The notes under the pieces are model-generated. The model saw only the letters and a list, made by a program, of their open reading frames with translations, was not told where the DNA came from and ran no database searches. A DNA stretch of 63,537 bases, counting the filler, from Octopus bimaculoides (lineage: Eukaryota): the NCBI RefSeq assembly GCF_001194135.2. It is 6 parts of 5 records of this genome, joined end to end, with 100 filler letters (N's around TTAATTAATTAA, not from the genome) between each part and the next. Parts side by side here need not be neighbours in the genome. Positions count along the whole stretch, not along the records: positions 1 to 30,501 come from NC_068992.1; 5 more parts are not named here. The stretch is one strand, 5' to 3'. The translations under genes were made by a program, and so were the position numbers. Numbering within the stretch: position 1 is the first letter of the stretch; each line of letters opens with the position of its first letter. Shown piece after piece: positions 12,261 to 23,735 of the stretch.

Positions 12261-13129
12261 CTCGCATATATAGAACAAATAGTCATGTATATATACATAT
12301 ANNNNNNNNNNNNNNNNNNNNNNNNNNNNNNNNNNNNNNNNNNNNNNNNNNNNNNNNNNNNNNNNNNNNNNNNNNNNNNNNNNNNNNNNNNNNNNNNNNN
12401 NNNNNNNNNNNNNNNNNNNNNNNNNNNNNNNNNNNNNNNNNNNNNNNNNNNNNNNNNNNNNNNNNNNNNNNNNNNNNNNNNNNNNNNNNNNNNNNNNNNN
12501 NNNNNNNNNNNNNNNNNNNNNNNNNNNNNNNNNNNNNNNNNNNNNNNNNNNNNNNNNNNNNNNNNNNNNNNNNNNNNNNNNNNNNNNNNNNNNNNNNNNN
12601 NNNNNNNNNNNNNNNNNNNNNNNNNNNNNNNNNNNNNNNNNNNNNNNNNNNNNNNNNNNNNNNNNNNNNNNNNNNNNNNNNNNNNNNNNNNNNNNNNNNN
12701 NNNNNNNNNNNNNNNNNNNNNNNNNNNNNNNNNNNNNNNNNNNNNNNNNNNNNNNNNNNNNNNNNNNNNNNNNNNNNNNNNNNNNNNNNNNNNNNNNNNN
12801 NNNNNNNNNNNNNNNNNNNNNNNNNNNNNNNNNNNNNNNNNNNNNNNNNNNNNNNNNNNNNNNNNNNNNNNNNNNNNNNNNNNNNNNNNNNNNNNNNNNN
12901 NNNNNNNNNNNNNNNNNNNNNNNNNNNNNNNNNNNNNNNNNNNNNNNNNNNNNNNNNNNNNNNNNNNNNNNNNNNNNNNNNNNNNNNNNNNNNNNNNNNN
13001 NNNNNNNNNNNNNNNNNNNNNNNNNNNNNNNNNNNNNNNNNNNNNNNNNNNNNNNNNNNNNNNNNNNNNNNNNNNNNNNNNNNNNNNNNNNNNNNNNNNN
13101 NNNNNNNNNNNNNNNNNNNNNNNNNNNNN

Positions 13130-13171
<42 letters not shown>

Positions 13172-13420
13172 CTAAAATCTATTTGCCAACGTAAATTGGC
13201 AGTCTTGTTACTACTTACTTCTCGCTCAGAGATTTAGAACTAAAAGAGATTTAAAGTAAAAGTAAGTAAAAGAGGACGGACGGCGTAGCTAGGACGACTC
13301 TTTGAAACTTGATTTTTTTTTCTTAAAGGGGGAATTGACTATTTTATTTGTAATCTTTTATCATCTTAATCAAATAGCAGGAAAATATAGAAATTGAGTT
13401 TTTATAATATATATATATAT

Positions 13421-13600
13421 GGAAATAATTCACTGTCACTAAAAGCGACCTACGGCGCAATGAGCACCAGCATTACTAGAAATAGAAGTCAAAGGCTCCT
13501 TTGCCACTAAAAGTTACATGTTCTATTTGAATTGAGAGGGGCGACAATATCTCTCCACTGTGAGCGAGCTGCACTAGATTAACATGCTAATTTCGTATAA
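13421..13600 (+). repeat. Diverged partial copy of the MITE at 13710-13959
   Basis: Aligns by eye with 13739-13910 at an offset of 318 bp. Confidence 0.75.
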
Positions 13601-13709
13601 GAAATTAATTCTCGTCAGTAATACTTACTCTATTACGGCGGTGGGGCTGAAATCAACCTTGTCAGCCTGATTTCACGAAGTTGTAATGTGATAGTTATAA
13701 AATAATAAA

Positions 13710-13959
13710 GGGGGCTGGAAGCAATTTAAAACCAAAACGGAAATAAACCACCGTCACTAAAAGTGACTTAGGGTGCAATGAGTACCAGCATTGCTAGAAA
13801 TAGAAATCAAAGACTCCTTAGGCACGAAAGGTCACATGTTCGATTTGGACTGACAGGGGAGACATCTCCCCACCGCGTATGAGCTACATTAGATTAACAG
13901 GGTCACTTTTAATGAAGGTGAATTATTTCATTTTTGGTTTTAAATTGCTTCCAGCCACC
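13710..13959. mobile_element. MITE-like element with terminal inverted repeats
   Basis: GGCTGGAAGCAATTTAAAACCAAAA (13713-13737) is the exact reverse complement of 13932-13956; extends to 27/28 matches; no TSD found. Confidence 0.75.
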
Positions 13960-14640
13960 GAGATAAACTCTACCGACACTAATCAGTTAACAGTCTGTTC
14001 AGGAGAACTTTCGGGCCGGGGCCCATGGATAATTTCCAAAGGTACGTCGCCTGGCAGTGCTACCGAGGTGCGCTACCTGTTCGAGATAAACTCTACCGGC
14101 ACGGAAGTGCCGTCAACCGGGCCTGCCCGAGGTGCGCTCAGGACGACGAAACCGTTCTGCACGCACTCGTCCAGTGCCCGTGTATCGCTGACCTGTGGCT
14201 CTATATCGAACAGCTACTGTCACGTGTAGGACGGATCCGGCTATCAGCTGAATCCATCATGAGGTTTGACCCGCCGACCTCCTTTAACCGGGAGGGCCAG
14301 GCAATTTTCCTATGCCTAGTGGCTGTAGCGAAAGAGGTGATATGGTGGACCCGTTTGAAAGGGCTAAAGTCAGACACTTTCCTCTTTGGCCAAGGCCTCA
14401 TCAGCTTTTTCAAGTTCCACTTGTAAAGGAAGATGAGAGTAGAGAAGGAAGTGCTGTCTCATAGTAAAGATGGGTGACTGTTGGAAGAATGGCCAGTATA
14501 AACGGAGCAATTCTGAGAATACACCTGTAGAAAAAATGATAATGTAAAAGGAGAAAGGGCTCTATATCCCTTTCTTATTTTTTCTGACCAGGCTCCCATG
14601 GTTTTATGGGTTTTTCCACGTGTAACCTTTTCTCTTTCGA
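13959..14640 (+). mobile_element. Tx1/L1-like ORF2 C-terminus (zf-RVT-type zinc motif) and 3' UTR
   Basis: AWQCYRGALPVRDKL…CPRCAQDDETVLHALVQC…AKEVIWWTR. Confidence 0.85.
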
Positions 14641-14826
14641 AGCGACTTCCCCTTTGGGAGTTCTATTTATTTATTTATTTATTTATTTATCTATTTATNN
14701 NNNNNNNNAAAGAGGCGTGACCTTTGTATGGTCAAACTTGTTTCTTTAGTACCTAGTGGCCTTTTAAGGTGGGAGGAGAAAAAAGAAGAGTAAGGAAAAA
14801 CAATTTTTGTATTTGAATTGGTCAAG

Positions 14827-15310
14827 TTTTCTATTGAAAAACCAGATGTTGTTTTTGACTTTCTTCAGTAAAAATTTTAATTGCATTTCCAGGACCTGTT
14901 CTTTTGTGTTCATTAAAAGAATAGTAGTATGGATGTGGTCAACTTCTTTTGATTGAAATCTAGATGTTTTCGAAAGAGTCATTTTGGTTTTCACTATACG
15001 CCCACACAGCAATTATGTATATATATATATACATACACATACCCACTCACATAATCACACACAAAAAACATATATATCTATACACATACACATATATATA
15101 TACATACACATACATAAAGATTTTAATTGAAAAAACCAGGTGTTGTTTTTGACTTTCCTCAGTAAAATTTATAATTGCATTTCCAAGACTTGCTCTTTTG
15201 TGTTCATTAAGGAATAGTAGTATGGATGCGGTCAACTTGTTTTTATTGAAATTCTAGATGTGTTCGAAAGAATGATTTTTGAGTTCACTATACGCCCACA
15301 CAGCAATTAT
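14827..15310 (+). repeat. Two ~190-bp direct repeats separated by an AC/AT microsatellite
   Basis: 14827-15016 versus 15121-15310, both ending CACTATACGCCCACACAGCAATTAT. Confidence 0.9.
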
Positions 15311-15575
15311 ATATATATATATATACACATTTACACACATACACACACCCATTCACGTACACGCACACTCACACATATACACACACATATATATATATAT
15401 ATATGCACACACACACATACATATACACACACATACATATACATACATATATATATACACACACATACGTAGACACACACACTCGTTCATATTTATGCGC
15501 ACATACATACGCCACACATACATAAGTAGACATGATTTTTTAGAAAATGATTAATATAATTAAAGATTCATCTCC

Positions 15576-18060
15576 GTAGTTAAATAAATTTGGAAAGTTT
15601 CGGTCGTTTTAGACACTACTCTTGATTTTTGTCCGAGTATTTGTCCTTCAGACTACAAAACCAATACACAATGCTGTCACAATTATATTTTGTTTTGAAT
15701 ATGTTTTAAAGCTCCAACCTATAATTTTCTAAAGAAGAAAGAGAGCCAAGTACAGAAGAGAGAAAGCAGCTGTTTTTATAGAATTTCAGAATCTGGTGTG
15801 TTTTGCAAGGTACAACAATAATGTGGTAAAAAATCTTTTAGCAATGGTTTGAGATCATATTTAACATATATACAATCAAATCCATATAGTATTCTCATAG
15901 GTGTAATTTCAAAAAAATATATAGTTATGTTAATTTTTGTTGAGGACTTGTTTTGTGAAGTATAGTTGCGTTATCTTTCGGAAATTTGAATTTTCCTTCA
16001 CATATTTCCAAATGTTTCCTTTATGAAGTGTAGCTCCATTGTCTTTCGGAAGTTTAGGTCGTTCCTTGAGCATTTGTAGAAGGGGTAGATTTTGAGGTTT
16101 CCTTCTCCACACATTTCCAAACGTTCGCTCATTGGAATTTTCCATAGCTCCTCTTGTCGGATGTGTTGTCTGTGGATTCTTGGCAAAGGAATTATTGAGA
16201 TCATATTCTCCTTCGATTTGGTAAGAGTAATGCAGTATATGAGGTTTTGCGTCTTGCAGTTCATATTTGCATTTACTTTGAATAAGAATCCACTCTTAAA
16301 TTTTATGTGGGTGTCCCCGGCTATATATTTGTAGTTATTGTTGCATATTCCACATCTTCTGTCTCTACATTCCTTTACAGAGAATTCTGTTTCATTCTCT
16401 GATGTGAATTTTACTCTTTTAAGTTGTTTTTAAGGTTTTTTTTCTTCCTGGCGTTTACTATTTCGCAGGTAGCTTTTTTCTATCAGTTTTCTCATTTTGG
16501 AGCTCTGTAAGAGTATTGGTAGGTTTGAGTGTATAACGTAGACAATATTGGTTATTCCAAGGTTGTTTGTGCTAATATGTGGAAAAGTATTCCCATTTTG
16601 AGGTCCGTGGGTCTTTGTATTTTTATGTATTGACTATTCTGTTCATTTTTGGCCCTCTGTATCTCGGAACTTTTGTGGATTTTGGGCAATCCGTAGAAAT
16701 TGCTCTCTTTGATTAAGGAGTTGCATAGGTAGTCCTTTTCTTTATCTGTGGAGGAGTCCTGGTATTTGTTAGTTAATGTTCTGATTTTATTTAGTGTTGT
16801 TTTTTCCAGGTGTCTTGATTCTTTCTTATAGTATGTTTGATCTGTTAAAATTTCTAGTATTTTTTCTTTGTAGTAGTCTGTGTCCACCCTTGTTGGTTTC
16901 CTTTAAGATGATTGAATTGTCATTCTTTAGTCTTTGTAAAGCTTCCTTTCCCCCTTCATGAAGGTTACTGAGGGAGAATTTCGGGGTTGTTTCTATATAT
17001 GTATCTAGGTGTTCATTGCTCCCCTTGTAAGGGTTAAATGAGATTTTTTTCTTACGATTGATTCGTCCTCTACTTTCTTGTTGTCGAAGAATTTTATAAG
17101 ACAGAGGTGACGGTTGAAGTTCTCAATGTTGGTTTTTAGTTCTATGAGATTTGAAGTGAGTGTCGGGGTAAATTTGAAATGTTTTAGTAAGAGACTCATT
17201 TCATTTTCGTTGAGGTCTCTATTTGATAAATCTATAATTTTAGGGTTTATGTATTTTGTGGGTTCATTGAGTCCGGAGTGCAGTTGTAGTATTTTCTCCC
17301 TAAAAATAGGGTTGTGTCGTGACGTATCCAATTTCCATTTCTGGGATTCAGGCTTGCTTGTGATTGAGGGAACTGTTCATGTACTCTGTATATATTTCGT
17401 TGTTCATAGCAGTTGTCTTCTTCTCATCTCCTACGTCTGTTGGGCCGTGTAAAATTGGTGGTTATATATCGTGGGTTTCTTGAGTTTTCATTATGATTTA
17501 TTTATATTATAGTCTCTGTGCTGTTTGTTCCTCACTTGTCTTCATGTGTTCATCCACCTTGGTCGTCCAGTCTTATGGGTTACTGGTTGTCTGTATTTTA
17601 CTTGCTCTTCCATCTAGAATATTTGGTTGACGGTTGTTGTTAATATTTTGTGCGTGAGTTCATCGTAGTGTGAAGGTTTGGTATTGTTGAGTACGGGTTT
17701 CTAATCTGTGTTTGAGATGAATCGGAGATTATGTCCGCATATGCTTTTGGATGTCTGACGGTTTAATATTCTTGTTTCGATCTTCTGAGGTCGGTGTTTG
17801 TGTTATTTTTCGATTTTCCTGTACTCTTTTATATGGTTTTGATTTCATTATGAATTTTTACCTCATTGTTTTTTTCATAATTAATGAATCGCTCTTGTTG
17901 TTTTTCCGACATTCTTATAGATATTTCTCCTTCCAGTTTGGTGTCTTCTTTTCATAGTCGTTGCAGCTTTTCTTGATTATGGTTGTCATTTCGTTCGGAT
18001 ATTTCTGCAAATGTGATTGTATTAATCGTTGTGGCATTCTCTTCCTGTCGTGCTTTTCGT
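15576..18060 (-). mobile_element. Penelope-like element, Neptune-type, RT internally deleted
   Basis: IIDLSNRDLNENEMSLLLKHFKFTPT; IILKETNKGG; FYGLPKIHK; linker CRDRRCGIC; GIY-YIG start NCKTQNLIYCIT…HRQHIR; the central RT (xxDD) motifs are missing near 16560. Confidence 0.85.
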
Positions 18061-18161
18061 GATTGGGTGTGTGTATGTGTGCATATGTGTATGTATATAC
18101 ATGTTCAAATATGAACATGTACATATATAGAGGTCTTTGAGTGTGTGTGTGTGTATGTATG

Positions 18162-18216
<55 letters not shown>

Positions 18217-18227
18217 NNNNNNNNNNC

Positions 18228-19604
18228 CTACACGACGGCTCTTCCGATCTTATCACTTACCTGTTATTAGTCTGTGGGGAAAAAGGTATTTCTAATCAAC
18301 TAATCAACGCTACATGTGTTTCTGCGTTGGTGGTGTGTATATCAAGGCTATACCTAATACATAAATACACCAGGGCGTCCTCAGGCTATTTATCTTTTTG
18401 TTATTATGATTAACGAGTCAAAGTTAAAAATACATATTAGAAATCAAATAAGAATAAGAATAGAAATATTTTTAAAAAATATAAATCACAAATATATTTT
18501 GAAATTTTTTTTGAAATTTAAGCACCTAAATTACAATTCCGATATATATAGAAAATGCTAAACCTAAGGAAATCCTCAACTACCATATTATAAACACATC
18601 AAATCCTACAACCTATCTATATAAACATTACGGGAATTAATAATTTAGCGTAAGTTTTACCCCTATCTATACAAGTATAAATTACCATCTTTTATGTCAA
18701 ACGTAAATTAATAGTGTTTGAAAATATTATTTAGTAAAGACCACTATACACGTTATAAATTTAATGAATAAAACTAGTAAAAAAACTAGTAAAAAAGCTC
18801 ACAAAGGAAGAATATTTATCGACATGTTTACTCCTTCTCGTTCATGTGAAAATGTCCGCTCCCTCTGTCATACGCTAAGTATTATGGGAATAACATAACT
18901 AAAATAAAATACTCTGAAAAATTCTCTAAGACTAATGATATTAAAGAGGTTGAATTCAAGGGGAGATAATAACTAGAAATATGTTATACTCTTAAATCTA
19001 GTTGTAAATGGATTTTTTTATAGTGTTTAAGATTTAGAGATTTATGTTAGATAAATGTGGCCTGTCTATTCCTTTTAAGGTAATATTCCTTAATAAATTC
19101 TTGGTTCCTGGTATATCCGTATCTAATACTACTATAAATTCTATTATAACTAGAGTTAACTAACTTCCTCATAATTATGTAAGAGATGACATACTGGGAT
19201 GGGGTCTTTATAATTTTAAATATTTAAAATTTTATTATACGCAAAGTTATTCTTATGTCGGCATTTTTTCCTTCAATACTGTTCAGTAATACCTATCACG
19301 ATTGTAGTATTTTCAAAAACTCTGTTGTGCATAATAAGCACATTTTATTACCTATTCTATATAACTTCTACAAATGGTATTCCAGTTAAGGGTTTATTCT
19401 ATTTTATTAGATTTCAACTCCCATATATATTTACTTAGACCGGTCGAATTTATTAATTTGAGATTTTTGAAGGACTGATAATGCTGGGAAATTCTTCTTT
19501 TAATTTCGTTCGCTGTGGATGCAATGTATTCTTTCTTCCTATTATTAATATTAGAAGTTACTATACATTTATAAATTACGTTATAATCATTATTAAGCCT
19601 ACAT
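18228..19604 (-). mobile_element. 3' part of a second PLE family (GIY-YIG, UTR, pseudo-LTR); probably Hydra-type
   Basis: NVIYKCIV…EYIASTANEIKRRISQHYQSF…NSTGLSKYIWELK…CLLC…LLN…RHKNNF; clade name from memory of PLE literature. Confidence 0.75.
18306..18389 (-). ncRNA. Minimal type I hammerhead ribozyme-like motif (pseudo-LTR copy 1)
   Basis: Minus: CTGAGGA-CGCCCTGGTG…CCACCAACGCA-GAAAC-ACAT-GTA; more mismatches than copy 2. Confidence 0.5.
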
Positions 19605-20165
19605 TTGGATGAACACATGAAGACAAGTGAGAAACAAACAGCGCAGAGACTATAATATAAATAAGTCATAAGGAAAACTCAAGAAACCCACGATATATAA
19701 CCACCAATTTTACACGGCCCAACAAACGTAGGAGATAAGACAACTACTATGAACAACGTTTGACATGAAAAATGGTAATTTATACTTGTATAGATAGCGG
19801 TAAATCTTACACTAAATTATTAGTTCCCGTAATGTTTATATAGATAGGTTGTAGGATTTGATGTGTTTATAATATGGTTGTTGAGGATTTCCTTAGGTTT
19901 AGCATTTTCTATATATATCGGAATTGTAATTTATATATTTTTATTATATCTTTATTCTTATTCTTATTTTTCTATTTAATATGATTTTTAATATGTATTT
20001 TTAACTTTGACCCGTTAATAATAATAACAAAAAGATAAATAGCCTGAGGATGCCCTGGTGGATTTATGCATTAGATATAGCCCTGATACACACACCACCA
20101 GCGCAGAAACACGTGTAGCGTTGATTAGAAATACCTTTTTATCCCCCACAGACTAATAACAAGTA
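19605..20165 (+). mobile_element. Inverted chimeric PLE segment
   Basis: 19605-19758 is the reverse complement of about 17398-17552; 19756-20165 is the reverse complement of about 18260-18705. Confidence 0.9.
20039..20122 (+). ncRNA. Minimal type I hammerhead ribozyme-like motif (pseudo-LTR copy 2)
   Basis: CTGAGGA 20044-20050; stem II TGCCCTGGTGG/CCACCAGCGCA (10 of 11 pairs); GAAA 20106-20109; palindrome ACACGTGT; GTA triplet 20115-20117; stem I weak. Confidence 0.6.
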
Positions 20166-20339
20166 TGTTATATATTTTTTCAACTAATTTGATTGTATTT
20201 TATAGTAGGTTCTTTAAATGCTTATATTATTTTATTGGATATAACTTTAGAGAGTATATATATATATATATATACAGTAAAGAAAGTATAAATATATATA
20301 TACACACACATAAAACGATATATACATATTTACACATAC

Positions 20340-21065
20340 TTTATGGATGGTCGTTGACTACTCATGAGTTCCTCTACCTTTTGACGGGTTATATTTTGGG
20401 TCCTGCAGAGTGTCCAACAATCACCTTCTTCACCAAGTAAGCCTGGTGGAGTTACCAGTTTAGTTCCTGTCGACCCGATCGTGCAACAGGTTGTACGGAT
20501 TACATATTACCAATAGCTCTTCAAATTACAAACCAATTTGCAAAGATTCCACGTTGCTATAGAAAGTATCAATCTTGATCCAACCAATCTATAGGAAGAT
20601 TTCAAAACAAGTATCTTAGGCTGCAAGTTCTTCAGTTAGATTTAAATCACGTAAGTCCATTGACTGGTTTTCAGACACATCAGCAGAAATTCATGATCTA
20701 CTTTTAGAAAAACAAAACTCAGGCAATACACTTCTTTCTCAGTACTTGAACCCCAACTCAAACAGAAAGCTGAAAGGGAAAGTGCAGGCTGTTCTAAGGA
20801 AAATTAAGTAGGAATTATGGAATTACAGAGCAAAAGGGGCGCAAGAAGAAGTTGATAGAAATAATACCAAGGGTTTGTACTCTTATATTAAGGACGTATA
20901 TGGCCCAAAATCTTCTTCAATAGCTCCAGTGAGACCAGCAAATGGACATTTGTATTTGACAGACACCGCTTCTATTCATAAGCGCTGGGTAGAGCATTTT
21001 TCTACGCTTTTGAACAGACCATCATCCGTTGACATGAAGATAACAGGAAAAATCAATACCTTGAA
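20340..21065 (+). mobile_element. RTE-clade LINE fragment (APE end to RT linker)
   Basis: RKSIDWFSDTSAEIHDLL; YIKDVYGPKSSSIAPVRPANGHLYLTDTASIHKRWVEHFSTLLNRPS. Confidence 0.8.
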
Positions 21066-21170
21066 GTTATAGGAGAGATGACGTTTATTTAGCTGTAAAT
21101 AAACTAAATAGCAATTAGTCTCCAGGGTCTGACGCAATTTGTGCAGAGGTCTTGAAATATGAGGGTGACA

Positions 21171-22270
21171 AAATGTTTGGTGATAGCTGGAGATGGTGGT
21201 GTCCCTTTTCGTGGATTTGGTGGTGATGGTGTTGGTGGTGTGGAGGCTTTTGGTTGTTGTTGTTGTTGTTGCTGCAATTTTCTATTTTTGTCTGCCTCCA
21301 TTCTTTGCTTGTAGATGGGGCAGTCTTTTTTTAGGTGTTTTTCACTGCTGCAGAGGTAGCACTTTGGTCTGCGCCCCTCTACAGCAATGTGTATTCTACT
21401 GCCATCCGGCAGGTTTATTGCGTCGGGTATAGTATTTATGCTATCTTGTTCAATCTGAACAAGGAGTTGCATTTCCATGCCCANNNNNNNNNNNNNNNNN
21501 NNNNNNNNNNNNNNNNNNNNNNNNNNNNNNNNNNNNNNNNNNNNNNTCTTCCGTTAGGAAGCGCACTTCCACTGTTCCGAAGCTTTTTTGGCCCCATATC
21601 GGCTTTAGAGCTATCTCCAATCTCTGTGGGGTAGCATTCTCCATCTTTTGGTATCTTGTGTTGAATACCTTGTATACTATTGTTTTTTCTTTTCGTTGCT
21701 TGTATTAATGCTTGTGGAGTGTTAAGGAAGACATTATTGCCATCCCTTCTTAACAATTCCTTAGCATTCTTTATTTCTGCCATTGTCACTTTGATTTCTT
21801 CTGAGCTCTGCTTAGCTGCGGAGGCGAAACCGTTACAATGGCTACTGGTTGTGGTCTTGGTGCTGTTGCTGGTGTTGTTTTCTTTGTTCATTTTTTTCCT
21901 CCTCCCTCTCCGGTGTAGGAGCAATGGTGGAAGTGAGAGCTGGGAAGTCAGCGGCAGAAAGTCTGTTAAACAGACCTGAATTAGAAACGCCGTCCGCTAT
22001 GGCGTCAACTGGGCGGGGTGAAATGTGACTTGACCCGTCATTCTTTTTTTCAAGGAGTGATGCAGAGAGAAGAGAACAGCTGGCTGCTCGTTTCAATGAC
22101 ATTTTGCCTTTTATGGCATTAACTGGGCGGGGTGAAAAAAGACTTGACCCGTCATTCTTTTTGTCGGGGAGTGATGCAAAGAGAAGAGAACAGCTGGTTA
22201 TTTTTTTCCCCGACATTTTTTAGATATGATACGTGTGAAATGTGAAAATGGAAGTTTTTCAAACGAAGAA
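21171..22270 (-). mobile_element. Tx1/L1-like LINE, copy 2: 5' UTR, ORF1 start and zinc knuckle
   Basis: ATG at 22216 (MSGKK); 114-bp repeats; CYLCSSEKHLKKDC; colinear with 1241-2420. Confidence 0.8.
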
Positions 22271-22371
22271 TNNNNNNNNNNNNNNNNNNNNNNNNNNNNN
22301 NNNNNNNNNNNNNNNNNNNNNNNNNNNNNNNNNNNNNNNNNNNNNNNNNNNNNNNNNNNNNNNNNNNNNNN

Positions 22372-22420
22372 TATAAAAATAAAACTACTGAACAACAATA
22401 ATAATAATAATAATAATAAT
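22372..22420 (+). mobile_element. 3' terminus of Dong-like family A plus (TAA)n
   Basis: TATAAAAATAAAACTACTGAACAA matches the terminus at about 23631-23654. Confidence 0.8.
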
Positions 22421-22972
22421 TAATGCCCGGATGCAGTACCAGCCAGTGGCTCTCATGGTTTCTGCTCTTAATTGATTGGAAGTGTTATCATGTACAATGT
22501 TTTGTCTTGGTATAAAAGATGGGTTACAGCAAATATTCTGCTTAATACCACAGATTTGCTTGTCAGTTGTTTGACCGTAATCAGTTGAGCCTGTCCCTTG
22601 GTGGCTGACGATATGTGTTTCTCTGATCATGAGCAGAAGTAGTGGGGGGACTTCATAGCCATGTGTTGAGAGGAATCTTTTGGGGTTTGAATAATTCACT
22701 ATTGGAAAGATGGGTGTTTTGCACAACATCCTTAAAGAAACCTTATTTAGGGACCTTTTGAGTAGGATGGGCTACTCGACCTGAAGAAAATTCTAACTGG
22801 GCCCCACCTGGTCATGCGCTGTTTATTTTGATGAGATCACCATGTCGCGCACATATGGCTGTGATGGATGTGCCTGGTGTACCCTTATCAGACGGATAGT
22901 TATGATGGGTATAATGGGCTTCGTATATTTTACCCCAGTGTCACTTTGATGGCATGCTTTGCTCTCTCACTC
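22421..22972 (+). mobile_element. ~550-bp apparently non-coding element bounded by (TAA)n on both sides
   Basis: Flanked by TAA arrays; no recognisable ORF motif; strand inferred from the neighbouring LINEs. Confidence 0.5.
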
Positions 22973-23025
<53 letters not shown>

Positions 23026-23028
<3 letters not shown>

Positions 23029-23651
23029 TAAATCATATTATCTCTGGCTGCCCAGTCCTGGCTAAGAAGGAATATATTCACAGACACGACAGAAAAGNNN
23101 NNNNNNNNNNNNNNNNNNNNNNNNNNNNNNNNNNNNNNNNNNNNNNNNNNNNNNNNNNNNNNNNNNNNNNNNNNNNNNNNNNNNNNNNNNNNNNNNNNNN
23201 NNNNNNNNNNNNNNNNNNNNNNNNNNNNNNNNNNNNNNNNNNNNNNNNNNNNNNNNNNNNNNNNNNNNNNNNNNNNNNNNNNNNNNNNNNNNNNNNNNNN
23301 NNNNNNNNNNNNNNNNNNNNNNNNNNNNNNNNNNNNNNNNNNNNNNNNNNNNNNNNNNNNNNNNNNNNNNNNNNNNNNNNNNNNNNNNNNNNNNNNNNNN
23401 NNNNNNNNNNNNNNNNNNNNNNNNNNNNNTAAAAAAATATTCAGACAAATACATAACAAAAACACCAGGACTTACAAATATATATAACATACAGAAAATT
23501 GCACTACTGGGTACTGCACACATTCTACGCAAAACACTTTCAATACAGTAAACATAAGAGCACCACAGCAAACCACAGCACATACCCAAGGCGCACAGAG
23601 CTGCGCTCGGTAGTGAAGTGAAAGCACGTTATAAAAATAAAACTACTGAAC

Positions 23652-23733
<82 letters not shown>
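23026..23733 (+). mobile_element. 5'-truncated Dong-like LINE (family A) with long (TAA)n tail
   Basis: INHIISGCPVLAKKEYIHRHD, gap, IQKIALLGTAHILRKTLSIQ*, UTR, (TAA)n from about 23652. Confidence 0.9.

Positions 23734-23735
<2 letters not shown>

Noticed and set aside
18797-18846. SECIS-like spacing on the minus strand in the PLE UTR (ATGA-N12-AA-N27-GA)
   Set aside because: Helix II has three A-C mismatches, there is no helix I, and no Cys-position TGA was seen in the adjacent ORF.
22778-22830. CTGAAGA as a hammerhead core
   Set aside because: No stem II or GAAA partner downstream.
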